Shown here: piece by piece, positions 1 to 13,100 of the stretch
Layout: every line of letters begins with the position of its first letter
Position numbering within the stretch: the first letter of the stretch is position 1
From: Amphiscolops sp. MND2022
Lineage: Eukaryota
Assembly: GCA_964187785.1 (NCBI GenBank)
Contig: OZ076409.1
Coordinates: 2,480,001-2,544,000, forward strand
DNA length: 64,000 nucleotides
Reading direction: 5' to 3'
Made by a program: the position numbers and the translations under genes
The notes under the pieces: generated by a model
What the model was told of the DNA's origin: nothing
The model's database searches: none
The model's input: only the letters and a program-made list of their open reading frames with translations

Positions 1-97
<97 letters not shown>

Positions 98-418
98 CTA
101 GAAAGAGACAGAAAGATTCATGCAACCATTCAATCATGTCAAACGCAACCACGTTTGTTTCGGATAACAAACAAGTGGCTGATTTAAACTCTCATTTCGA
201 CATTTCCTCAACCTTCAGTCGACATTTTTAAGATCTAAAACAAAGAAAAGTGACGCAATTTACAGGCAAACAGGAAAAGCACCAAAAATGAGAGAAAAAC
301 AGAAAAATCAAAATTAAAAGACACGCAGCTATCACATAAAACATTAGAAATAAGATCTGAACGAGCAAACCAACTCCGTTCATATGCGTCTTTCAATTTT
401 GATTTTTTTCTGTTTTTT

Positions 419-677
419 AGTCGGCGCTTCATGAAGTTCAGTCGGCGCTATTTTCATGTTTTGCGACAGAATGGATGTTGAAAAACCTCAAAGGGTCCCC
501 CTTCCAGTATTTCGGCATTGTGAGACTTTAAAATTTTTTTCCTCCAAAGGGTCCCCCCTTCAATTTCTTTGATATTTGATATTTTGCAACAGAATGTATG
601 TTAGTTTTTTCAAAAATAATGTTTTGCGCTTTCTGAGCCTTAGATATAGCGCCGACTTTAGACGTTCTCGCCTTGTT
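419..677. mobile_element. DINE-1/Helentron-like non-autonomous element in the RPL23 intron
   Basis: Subterminal inverted repeats AGTCGGCGCT...AGCGCCGACT, AAGGGTCCCCC core repeats, GACGTTC...CTTGTT end, T-rich flanks; same family as 2841 and 5222. Confidence 0.65.
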
Positions 678-1672
678 TTCTGTCATTTTTGGTGTTTTTC
701 GTTTGCCTGTAAATTCTGTCGATTTTCTTTGTTCAAGACCTCAAGTGTTAACCAGCCACTTTTTACTTGTTATCCGGCTCCTGTATTTCCAACACGTTTG
801 TTTCGACACCGTGAAAGATTTGTACTAAAACATAAGTAGCTCTCACCAAGCTTCCAGATCTAGCACCCCTTCAACTATGGTGTAACTCAATTGTTCAGTT
901 TTTTCGCTAATCGCTAATTTCAAAATCACTATTTCGCTGAAAAACATCTTCTTGAAACTATTCAATGTTTGATTCAAGTTTGTTTTAAAATTGAACGATA
1001 ACTCAATTCAGTTTTCGCAAGAAAAAACTGGAATTTTATACTGTGTGGGTTGTTCTACAACTGTGAAAGTTGATTTTTTTAAAAAAATTCAATTTGAAAC
1101 TTCGTGTATTTTCCAAGGAAATTTTGATTTTAGACAATCTATGAATTGTTGCTAATTTGAATATCCAATAAAATCGCTGAAAAAAATCGCCTATTAGAAA
1201 TGTGAAAAGTGTGATTACTCCAACTAGCCAGTGAACAGACCAGGGTTGTCAAAAAAAACGTTTTTTATCCAAAAAAACAATTATACATGTTTTTTATCGA
1301 AAAAAAACCAGTTTTTTTTGTATTTTATGTTTTTTTTATTTTTCAGCGACAATAGAACATAAGCATCACAAAATGAAGCAATTCATTCAAGCTGAGTTCA
1401 GTTGCCGGTAGAGAAAGGCCATTTTGCCGGCTTTTTGGGCGTCCAAATTGCTTCGAAGCTTGCCAGTGGTACAATATCTTCGAAACAATCCTGACATTGC
1501 GCTCTGGTTCAATTTTTTTGAAAAAGAGCCAAATTTGGTCTTTTTTCGACCCATTTCAACCTGAAAAAGATGATTGCACGTAAATTGTTTTAAACAATGT
1601 TTTTTATGGGTGTTTTAAAACAAGTTTTATTGGTATGTGTTTCAAAACATGACAACCTTGGAACAGACCAAC

Positions 1673-1894
1673 CTTCTTTCGCAACTCTGGTTTGCCTTTC
1701 TTCACAGTGGCCATGACCATGTCGCCAGAGGCGGCTGCCGGGAGCCGGTTGAGTCTGCCGTGCACGTGTTTGACCGAGATGATGTAGAGGTTCTTGGCGC
1801 CAGTGTTGTCCGCACAGTTGATCACCGCGCCCACCGGAAGACCGAGCGAGATCTTGAACTTGCTGCCTCCACCTCCCTTACCACGTCGAGACAT
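1673..1894 (-). CDS. RPL23: 60S ribosomal protein L23 (uL14), first coding exon
   Basis: Translation [37 protein letters not shown]...GRLNRLPAA...[10 protein letters not shown] is the conserved eukaryotic uL14 N-terminus; donor AAG|GT at 1672-1671. Confidence 0.97.
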
Positions 1895-2182
1895 TTTCTA
1901 GCACTCACAAGGGGGTCTGAAACACTTTTGTACAGTTGAATAATTCACCGCCTAATTCGTATAGCAAGGGACCGAATAAAATAGTACGAATATTGTGAAA
2001 TAGGAATTGGACGAATGATACTACTACCTTGGTCGTCTAGAAATGGGGGTCTCATATAAATGCGAATTAAACGAAGATCCGAAGTAACCGGAGTTGACTG
2101 TTCCTAACATTTTCACCTCACAGTGGCGTGCAATGGATTAAAAAACGGTTACATAACAGTTACAAAAAAGGGAATAAAAAAT

Positions 2183-2585
2183 GGTTACATGACAATTCGT
2201 CCAATGCAATTTTAACCTATGCATTTTCAACCGTTGACAATTTCAACCTTCCGCAATTTCGACCTATACTAGTTTTGGCTAATTACTCCTAATTAGTCAT
2301 ATAATTATTTTAGGTGGTTTTCATTTTCATACAGTTCTAAATTCAAATGTGCCAATTTTTACGCCATTTGATACGTTTTGGCGTCTTCATGAAAAAATAC
2401 CAATATTTAAAGCTTTGATTTATTACTAACTTTTATACTGAAAGAAAAACTTTACCGAATTAGGAGTAATTAGCGAAAATTAGTATAGGTCGAAATTGCG
2501 GAAGGTTGGAAATGTTATAGGTTATAATTGTCGACGGTTGAAATTGCATAGGTTGAAATTGCATTGGACGAAATGTCATGTAACC
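2183..2585. mobile_element. MITE/foldback element with ~110-bp TIRs upstream of RPL23
   Basis: GGTTACATGACAATTCGTCCAATGCA... is mirrored by ...TGCATTGGACGAAATGTCATGTAACC; short TGCAATTTCAACC-type subrepeats. Confidence 0.8.
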
Positions 2586-2840
2586 AAAAAACATGTTGCA
2601 TTTTAAAAATCGTATGACGTACGTGTTATGTCCATATAGTTGTAGTCTCGTGTGAACGCCTAGGTAGTAAACCGATATATCAAAAATTATCCGCACTAAT
2701 GGGGCAGAAACATTGGGAATGCTGGAGCTCAAAAGAACCACAACTGACGATTACCCAACACAAAAACTGAGGAGGAGCAACGTTTAATCAATCTATTAGC
2801 TACAAGCCGCGGCTCGTAAATGCAAGACTCCCCTATTTTT

Positions 2841-3341
2841 AGTCGGCGCTTTCCTAGTGAAAAGTGCCCGACTATTACAGTGGCTAGTTTTTTTTCTTTT
2901 TTTTTTCGTCAGACTACAATCTCACTCTGATTGGGCCATTTTTCTTACAATCGAAACTACTAAAACTACTACCATAAGGCCAACTCCGGTCAGCGGAAAT
3001 TATTGCAAAAGGGTCCCCCTTTCATTTTTTACTTTTTAACGTAACCTACAAAACCGGACGAGACTAAAGGGTCCCCCCTTTCGTTTTTTCGGCATTGTGC
3101 GACTTTTTTCGAAATTTTTTCAATGTCCCAAAAGAGTCCCCCTTTCGAGTTTTTTTTTCATATTTTGCAACAGAATATATGTTAATAAAGCCCAAAGGGT
3201 CCCCCTTTTAAATTTTTCGGCACTATGCAACATTTTCTGAAAGAAAAAAAATCAAAAATTTCAAGTTTTGGTTTCAAAAAAAGTCTTTTGCGCTTTTTGA
3301 ACCTTAGATATAGCGCCGACTTTTGACGTTCCCGTCTTGTT
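2841..3341. mobile_element. DINE-1/Helentron-like non-autonomous element
   Basis: AGTCGGCGCT subTIR with adjacent hairpin (...CCCGACT), AAGGGTCCCCC repeats, AGCGCCGACT..GACGTTCCCGTCTTGTT end. Confidence 0.7.
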
Positions 3342-4563
3342 CAGATTGTTTTCAAAGAACTTTGAATCGTCTTAGAATTGGCAACAAGAAACAATTACGT
3401 TGCAACTGTTGGAGACCGACTGAGAAAACGAAAACTGTTTCTGAAAGTTGTTTCAAAAATGGAAACTTTGTAAGCGCGATAAGCAATTAAAGTAGTTCAT
3501 CAAGCAGAAAGTGTCTTGAAAACCAGTTTCCTATTCGGCCAATTTCACACACACAAATACTTCGAATCACATGATCTTTATGAATAATTTTACGGCACGC
3601 TTTTCTAGAAATCGCTGAAACACATGTACTTTCGAAGAACATCAATCGATGTTTGTACTACAATAACGAGAATGTTAGTTTTGTAGCATCAAGATAAGAA
3701 CACAAACAACAATGACAGTTGCATTTTAAGTAGAATCTCTTGACTTCAAAGCAAATTCATATATTTTCAACTGAGGAAAAAAATCAATCAAATACCTCCA
3801 AAATTACTCGAACTTCAACGCTCCCAAATTTCGAGATTAATAGGAGACTGTTTTAAAATGTTTGAAATTTTTGTTTAAAAGCAAGGGTTTTAAAAGCGAC
3901 TTTTTGAACAGCAAAAATGAAAGGCTTTTAACACACTGAACCAGCATCCACTGACTTGAAAGTTAGGAAAAAGGGTCATTCAACCCAAATTTTTAAACGC
4001 TTTTCACGTTTTTTAAAGAACCATTAAGGATTCATTCATCTCCTCCTATAACGGATAATCGTAGATTCGAAGATTTCGTATTGACTATAATCGTACGTTT
4101 TGGTTTCGTAAATCCCAAGAAAGCATGACGCGCTAATCACTGAGTTTGTTTTCCGATGTTCGTTGAAAAGTTTGACGCATTCGAAAAAGCTACTTTCTGT
4201 GCCGCTTATAACGAAAAAACATCCGTTCAACGAAATTGTTTGTTTGGTATGATTTTTTTCGTGTATCGCGTACAATACACTGCTTGAAACGGGAAGTTTC
4301 ATTTAATCAATCATTCAAGAGAGGGGGGCAAAACATAATCAGAGAGAAATTAATGAAGAGAAAAAAGTGCAAATAAGGAAAAATGAATTCAATTGCGAAG
4401 AAATTATCAATCTCATTTTACTTTGCATACACCTTAATTTTATAGGTCACCTCCTTCACAAACAAAGTAACTCACACTTCGTTTGGGCATTTATTTCGGT
4501 GCTTACGTCATCGACATGGAAAAAATTTTCAGATTTCGAATCAGAAAAATATTCTTGGACATA

Positions 4564-4713
4564 CAGTGTAATCCGTATATAACAACGGTCAGTAATCATT
4601 GCACATCGGTCTAGCAGGAGTGTATAGAGCGTGTGTTTCGGTTATAACGCGCTTTGGATATAACGTCATCATTTTAACTCGCTATGGGCCGTCGTTATAT
4701 CCGGATCACACTG
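4564..4713. mobile_element. Tc1/pogo-type MITE
   Basis: TA|CAGTGTAATCCGTATATAAC ... GTTATATCCGGATCACACTG|TA: imperfect TIRs flanked by TA. Confidence 0.75.
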
Positions 4714-5221
4714 TATATGAACTTTTTCAATTACTATTTTTCAATCAATATTTCAATTCTCGAGAAAACCTTTTCGACTACTTCATATTTCAAATGTAAT
4801 TTTGGAGCCAAGGCGAAAAATTGCAGGATGATAGAACAAAATAGATCTCAGTAGACATCATCAAAAGATGGAACTTCGGTGACCTAAAATCTCAACTGAA
4901 AAAAGTCCAGACTTTTCCAGTGAAGGTACCGAAAAGAAGCTAATTTGCTGGCATTGGAAGGAGAGTTGCTTTGATTATAATATATACATCAACTGGCCGT
5001 AATGTAAATACATTAGAAATACGAGTTAACATTTGAGCCCCAAGCCTGATTCATTCACAGAGAAATCACGGTGGATTCCCAAATAACATAAGAGCAAATA
5101 ACATAAAAATAAAATTGTTTACGAGAAAGTTTTAGAGGTCAAAAGCATTCACAATTCAAAAGATTCACAGAGAAACGTATGAAAATTATAGATAAAATTT
5201 CGCGAGTTCGATTGTTTTATT

Positions 5222-5785
5222 AGTCGGCGCTTTTCTAGTGAAAAGAGCCCGACTATTACAGAGGCTAGTTTTTTTTTCGTCAGACCACAGACCTCATCGT
5301 GTATGTACCACTTTTCAGTACAGACTTTACTCGGTTTACGGGAAACCCAGCGGTCACGGGTTCGAGTCCTTGCTTTAGCCAGAAACTTTTTCGAGCATTT
5401 GCGAAAGCAGACGAGACTGAAGGGTCCCCTCTTTCAATTTTTTGGGCACTATGCGACTTTTTCGAATTTTTTCGCCTTCAAAGGGTCCCACCTTCAAGTC
5501 TTTTTTTGATATTTTGCAGCAAACTAAAGTGCCAAAAAGCCCAAAGGGTCTCCCCTTTCAAGTATTTCGGCACTATGAGACTGTTCAAAATTCTCATTTT
5601 TCGTTTTTTTCAAAAATTGCAAAATTTTTTTTTGTCTCCAAAGGGTCCCCCTTCAATTTTTTTGATATTTTGCAACAAACTGGATTTTCAAAAAACCCGT
5701 AGGGTCCCCCCTTTTACAGTTTTGATAAACTTTGCGCTTTTTGAGCCTTAGATATAGCGCCGACTTTAGACGTTCCCGTCTTGTT
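5222..5785. mobile_element. DINE-1/Helentron-like non-autonomous element
   Basis: Same termini and core repeats as 2841-3341; internal GGTTCGAGTCC B-box-like motif near 5358. Confidence 0.7.
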
Positions 5786-7030
5786 TTTAGGTTAAATGAC
5801 ATTAATTTCATTTTTATGTTAAGTGGGACTATTTTCGTTTTTGTTATTTGCTCTTATGTTATTTGGTACGTAATCAGAAATCACTGACTGAATTCATCAA
5901 CCAAGCAGTGGCTCTTTTTGTCTGGAATAACAGGGAATTTCCGGCTGTGGCAGTCGTCATTTAGAGCCAATAATTTATTACAATTTATCTCAATTGTGTG
6001 AAAAATTCAGCTTCAGAAGCAGTTCACCTGTAGAAACTATCATCAGCATGCCTAGGGCTATGACCGCTAATTGGGATTGCTGTGCAGAGTCGAATTATGT
6101 AGGAAAAAGGGGGCAAAATTATCTAGGATCGAATTGTGACTTGGTTTCATCTAGGATCGAAAGAAGTGAACATTTCATTCATATTATACCTTGTTACAGT
6201 GCCGTGTAAAATTCGATTCTATATAATTCGACCCTGGAAATTTCAGTTGCCAATTTTCGATTCTAAAATTCGAAATAATTCGACTTTAGAGAGGCAACTA
6301 CGCTAATTAGCTGACTAGCAAAGCGTCGAAGAATTGTCAGCGAATTTGAAAATTAAGCGGTAATATTCCATTACCGGCAATTCTATAGTATCAAATCTAC
6401 CAAAAATCACTGGAGTCTTTCAATGATGGGTTTACGAGCTGTGGTTATATTCTTGAAAACCTTTTGGAATTTGGTTTTAATTTTGCGAAAACAAAAAATC
6501 TTGACCTAAAAAAGTAATGTAGCTAAAAGTGAATTGAATGTTGCAAAAACTTTGCCACTTGAGAATCGACTGTGCGATTGTAAAATTGGTGGTTGAAAAA
6601 TTAGCGACATCATAACCCTAGGCAGAGGCCTCTATTCACAGACCGTCACGGTATCAATTCATCCAACACACAGTCAGGGGCTCGTGAAAATTGTTCGAAA
6701 TTGTTTGATAAAAAAAGCGAGAAAATGATTTTTTTAAAAGAAGTGCTTCTTATGATTGAAGTGAAAATCGTATTGTAGCCATTATTTCATCAATTCTCAA
6801 GCAAAATTTTCGATGGTATGTTGCAGAAAACAAGCGTACGGTTTTTCCTTCTCAATATCACCTACGATTGCTTTAGCGGCGTAAAACGAGTTTGGATTCT
6901 ATTATAACATTGAGCCCATGACGCGAGGACTTTGATCGAATTTCGCCGACAAAGTTATTTGGGTAAATGCACGATAAATAGTGACCCGTCCAAGTCAACA
7001 GAATTCTCGAACGCCTTTAGGTGATATCAA

Positions 7031-7134
7031 TGACGTCATAACTTGAAGATGACGTCATATCTTGAAGGTGACGTCATATCTTGAAGATGACGTCATAACT
7101 TGGAGATGACGTCATAAGTTGAATATGACGTCAT
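7031..7134. repeat. 19-bp tandem repeat x6, each unit containing TGACGTCA
   Basis: TGACGTCA at 7031, 7050, 7069, 7088, 7107 and 7126, directly 3' of the SMAP stop codon. Confidence 0.95.
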
Positions 7135-7139
7135 AGTAG

Positions 7140-10100
7140 TTATTTGAGCCATAAGGACTGTTGTTGGGGCTGCTGTGACGTGGAATGGTAGGGGTTGAAA
7201 GAGGATGGTGTGGATGAGTTGAAGGGGCTGTTTGAGCCGGTGCCCGCAGCCGCCTCGAAAGGCGACGAAGATGAGAAGGGACTACTGTTCATGTTGGGCA
7301 TCATGGACACGGCGCGCTGCTGCGATTGGACAGCGAAAGGTGCGGGAGACGAGAACATGTTATTGGCTGACGAGAATTGTCCCGCGCCGAAACCGCCGCC
7401 CATGCCACCTGCAAAAACAACAGAATAGGGGGTTTTGTGAGTATCATTAAATTGTTAGCTACTCGTGATAGTTTGATCATATGGCAAGGGAGGAACGAAA
7501 AGAGCTAGTACTCTGCTTCTAGATATAGGTCCCTGCGGGGCACAATATTAATCTTCAAAAACACTAAATTCCGATCATATAATGACAACTAAAAAAATCC
7601 ATTTTAAGAGAGGCAGTGTACACATGAGTTAAGAAAATTGAAAATGTTAAAAAGGAGACCAAAGTGCTTATTTCTACTTTGGGATTTCATGATCTATGAT
7701 AGATGCAGATATGGAATAACTATACACTCCTCTTTGATCATTATATAGCGCACAATTAATCACTGTACCACCGCCTTTAATTCTTCTCGGACTAAAGAAA
7801 ATATAACTACTAAGCGTAGACGAAGTTTCGCATTCGCATTTGAATGCAGGCGAAGCTCTCCGTGAACCAATAATTAACACTCATTCGCTTCATCTCAATA
7901 ACTCGAAAAGCATACGAAAGCATAATTACGAACATTCGCTCGCTTCATCTCAATGACGTCAGCATACGAATGCATAATTAACACTCGCTCGTTCCATCGC
8001 ACGAGAATTGAAATGTCGTCGGCAGATTGAGAAATTTAATTCTCACCCTTATACTCACTGCCGAACAAAGTCTGAATCTTTTTCAATAGGCACACGGATA
8101 ATGAACACACTCGGCTGAAAAAAAAAACAAACTCATCTTTCCATATTGGGTGCATTCGCTGTTCACTAACGTTATCTTTCTCTCACGTTAGAGAAAATGC
8201 ATTCGCATTCTCGTAACGAGAGAATCGGGAACCGTTCAATTGGACGACCGCTCAGTTAGACGACTGTGCAATTGAATTGATCGATTTTGCACACATTCCA
8301 TTCTCAGTTCCGCTCGCAACTTGTAATGATTACGTAATCGGAGTCTGTCAGCGAAGATGAATCAACCAATAATATTTTAGAAACTGCTGATAGTCTTCCA
8401 ATTGATCAATCGGTTAGTTGAGCGGTCGTCCAATTGAGCTAGACTCGAGAGAATCATCGTTAGCTAACTCCAAAACTTGCGAGTTAAATTTCACCTTCTA
8501 ACTAAATTGCATTCGCGAACATTGAACATTAGAAAATGATAAGTTTTCACACTTGTATAGCTTGAAGTGTTGAAAGTGTGAACCCATCAAACTATTTCTG
8601 AATTTTCTCGGCACAGTTAACGAAAACTGGAAACGAATGAATAAATTATGTAACTTCAATTTACAGCGAATATAGTTAATTTTCTGGTTCCGATTTCAAG
8701 GGATAGCGAATACGCTCATTATTCTAGAAATGAAAAGATGAAATCGAGATCAGAATTGAGAAACAAAATTTCGGCAAAAAACGATGTCAAGCAGTCGAGA
8801 TGTTTGTTGTGGAAACGAACAATCAACTGAATATTTCACTTAATGACATCAAAAGAACCGACAAGTTGCAGAAGAACGAAGAAACCCTTATGAATCTTCT
8901 GAATTATTTTATTTGTTCCACGTTTTTCGTAACAGGACGTAGGTTAATCAATCAGTGATGTACATTTGAACCATCTGTTCAACAATTTGTTTTTATAAAA
9001 ATGGTCTGTTAAACCTATTTTTGAACCAATTTGGGAATAAAAATTTTGTCATTTCTGTGTTCAAAACTCGAATTTCCAAACACAAAATTCAGAAATGGTT
9101 CTAAACTCCCAACCACTCTTCCGATTATGTTTTCAAGGACATTGAGGAAATGGCCACAAAAGTAAACCCTAATGCGCCTCAAAATATTGTAAAAAATTGG
9201 TTTCATGGCGAAAATTGGATTACCAGTTTCGATTTCAAAAAATTTCAATCGGTTATCGTTAAAAACTCTTTAAAAGATCACTATAATCAATGGTACTCCA
9301 AGTTAACTTTTTTCCTACAGGATCCGACCTTATTGACGACACTGAATATGTCGTTTTGGATCCTCTTTGCTTGCTAAGTTTGGTCATGTTTCTCAGATCC
9401 CAGACATACGATTTTGACGTTATTGCGCACGACGGAGCACCTTTGGGTTTACAATGACTGTGCTAAATTTGATACAAATCGCATGGGCATGGGCACTTTT
9501 TGAGAGAAATTTGAACTTTCCATTGAAAGGTCGGGAGAAAAAAGGTACGAGTGTGCATAAGTAGTCGAAATTTTTTTCCGACTCCCAATAAAAAATGTCT
9601 ATCATTAATACCTGCGACGGGCACAGAGCTCATTCCAAAAGCACTGTTGTTGCTCCCGTTCATCATGGAGGGGCCACCGGCGGCAGCAGCAGCGCCGAAA
9701 GACGACGACGAGCCAGAGTGTCCAGAGTTGCCACTGAAGGATCCAAAAGTACTGTTGCCGCCGCCACCTCCACCAGTGTTCCAGTTCACCATCCCGTGCT
9801 GCTGACCTTGGTTGCCCAACATTCCAGCCGGGTTTGCACTGGGGGGTAAATGAAGTCCGGCTGCGGCAGTACTTGTCTGGAAAAGGAAAAAGTGCATTTC
9901 AGGGTAGCCAGTTTTTTTTCAAGAAAAAAGCGACCCAATTAAAATCATAGAAATTTACGTTTTTCAATTAAGAAAAGTTACCCAACGTTTCTTCAAAAAA
10001 CATGTTTTAGTACCCATAAATGATAATAGGAACAAAATGTTGAACAGAATATCTGAGATAGGTATACACATAAGCATTCAAAACTTATTGCGTAACGAAA

Positions 10101-13100
10101 GAGTCAATGATATTTTCAGATATGACGTTGCTGAGTCCACTTTGGGCAATTAACTCAGCACTTAATCTCCTATAGCGTAAAACAAGCGACCAAAAGGCGA
10201 CCAGGTCGCTTCAAAGTAACCCAACTGGCCACCATGGTGAATTAGATCTCAATCAATCTCGACAATTATAACACTGAAATGATAATACGCACATAATGTA
10301 TATCGCAATAGTTCTATGCACTGAAACTTATTTAACCCTAAGTGAACGGGGCTAGTAGTAACAACAGCACACATATATTTGGTTTTGTCGCACATCGTCT
10401 TGTCATGGAAAGGGTATGGGGTTGTTTTTCTTTATGGGTCAAAAACTTTTGATAAAACTGATTTTCGCCAATAACGGAATTTAGGAAATATATAACCATT
10501 TTTTGCAAGAAACCCTATTTTTTTAGTTTTGGAGTCGTTTTCACTTTTTCTAATGCTTGTGCCATTCAAATCAAACTAGGCACCAATGAATTGTTGAATA
10601 AAACTGTACTGAAGATGATGGGCTACTGTCAAAACGAATCAGAATTTGAAAAAAAAGGTACGCTGCTATAAAGTACCGCAAGGTAAAATTTTGCCAAATC
10701 AGTTATGTTCAATTCAACTGGTGGTCTAAGCAGCGGTTGAACAACTCAATTCAACAAAAGGTTAGTTAAACAGCTTAGATTATTAACCGATTCATTAATT
10801 CTACCCAATAATACAGTGCTGTGTATTATAGGCACTAAAGCAGGCCAAAAGCTGGGAAAACCATTTCGGAACTTGCAACAATTTTTGCAGTTTGTAAAAA
10901 TGACGAAGTTTCAACATTATTAAAAATGAAAATTTTAAATGTAAATGACACCTTCCTGAAAGTTTTCAAGAACTTTGAGCGTATATAGATTTGTTGAATA
11001 ATCAATTAAAATTGTATTTCGTCCAAAAATCGGTTTAACTGATTCGGTCCACAAATTTCTAAAAATGCGACAATAATATTCCCGCTTACTCAGAAAAATT
11101 GAAAAGTTTGGGCAATAAAACGAATTTTTACCAGAAGAAAAATGCGCTTTCATTAGGACTCACAACACTTAGAACTGAGTAGGCCGCAGGACATGCGAGC
11201 TGGGTTTGCTTTTCGAAGATTATAAATGGATGTTTTCGGATAGCGAAATGATAGCTTTCTCATGAGAAATTTTGTCACCAACGACAATATTTCTGGAAAA
11301 GCAAACTTCAAACATCTATGTGGAACTAGAAACTAAGAGACTAGAAACTAAGCGGATGGTCTTTTAGTCATGTGTATCCCGGACGTAAAAATTACAGCTG
11401 ATGAATTCCACCAATGATACTCAACTAAGAAACCTCGCTTCACTGTGCGGGTCTATCCGGACCCTCTGTTGCGTTAAATTTGACATGTAAAAAGCAAACT
11501 ACTTTGTAATTTGTACGTCTCCGGGCAACGAATGATTGATTCAATTTATTCTATTCTATCGGGATATTTTGCATCACAAAAATTTCAGCTCCACAAAGGG
11601 TTCGAACCCAAGACCTCCTGTCAGCCAGGCAAACGCGCTACCAACTGGGCCACGGTGATTAAATAGAGTAATAAAGAGATTTGGTAGAAATTGAACAAAA
11701 ACGCTACGCAGATTGTGATTTTTCTACCTTACACGATAAATTGTGGAAGCGGAAGATGATAAATTAATCTGGGTAGAAATAATTGGTCATGAAAATATTG
11801 TTAGTCGCTTATAGTCATGGCTTCTTGTCAGTGTTTTTTTTCGATACACCCGAAGTGACCAAAATAGTTTTGGCACTGATTTTTTTTAAAATTTCACCAA
11901 AGGGTTTACCTTCAATTTTTGATGATTTGCGACAGAATGGATGAAAAATTCCAAACGCTCCCTCATTTTAGCGCGCCAATTATGTGCAACTTTTGGGTTT
12001 TTCGGGTATTGTAGAAGAGAATACTTTGACACTTTGAAGTCCTTTTGCTATTTTGAGCCTTAGATGTGGCGCCGACTTGGGCCGGTCCCAGATTGTTGTC
12101 ACTTACTAAGGGAGTTGAATTTCACTCGTGTTGAATTACAGAAAAACAAGCCGGGAACGGCCCATGTCGGCGCCCCGCTCAAGGTTCAAAAAAGTTTTTG
12201 ATATGCAAAAGAACACCATTGTTGAAACTTCATCAATTTTACAGTGCCAAAAAAGCAGTACCCAAAAGGATAAGCATAAGGCTCAAAAACTACTTTTCCC
12301 CCTACTGGATACAGTAGAAACCCCATCTGGCTCAGCTGAAAATCTCAAAAAATTTTGGGAAAAATGTCTCCGGTATGTCGCACGGTGATGATCAGGGTTG
12401 GCTTTTTAACACACACTGGGCTATTTTTAACGTTAACACAGAGGCGAAGCGGTGCTTCGCAACACATGACGAAGACGAATCATGGGTAGACGAATGCCGA
12501 AAAATCGTATATATTCAATCGCATGCGTATATATTCAACAGTTCAACTTTGTTCAATAACGTCCCTATGGCACAGTGGTCAACACTTATGCCGTGCAATC
12601 GGGAGGGTGCAGGTTCGATTCTCTGGGGTTTTGGTTTTTTCTAAAAGGCGCTCATTATGAAGTTGAATATAGTGGAAAAAAAACTTACTTCGCTGGACTG
12701 CAATGCACATTGACTTCGTCATGTGGAAAAACGTTACAAAACACTGTTAAAAATTAGATCATTTCAGAAAATGAATTGATTCAAAACTGAATTATACTTT
12801 GTTGCTTTTTCATGCCCGAATCTGTTTCGGACATCGGAGTGGACAAACCCAGGGGACGAAAATACCCTTTCAAGTCCTGTACTTGGCACCGAATCTTTCG
12901 CAACCAAATTACGATAGTTTTAATACTTTCTTCGGCGATTTCCAACAAGTTCTCAGCAGTATGTGACAAAAAATAGCTCAATATATCAACATTTTTAACA
13001 CCAGTGTAAAAAAATCCTCGTTAAAAAACATGTTAAAAACACCTGTTAATTAACACCTGTTTTTAACAGGCCAACACTGGTGATGATAATTCAACTTGGG

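Noticed and set aside
1895..1905. Trans-splice acceptor or SMAP-RPL23 operon (AG just before both ATGs)
   Set aside because: The genes are 5 kb apart, SMAP has a plausible cis donor at 20449, and sequence alone cannot show spliced-leader addition
235..6209. Short ORFs in the RPL23 intron and intergenic region (e.g. 5299-5751)
   Set aside because: They overlap non-coding repeats, have Phe/Lys-biased composition and show no recognisable motifs
11586..12630. Functional tRNA genes
   Set aside because: A/B boxes are present, but acceptor and anticodon stems do not pair cleanly
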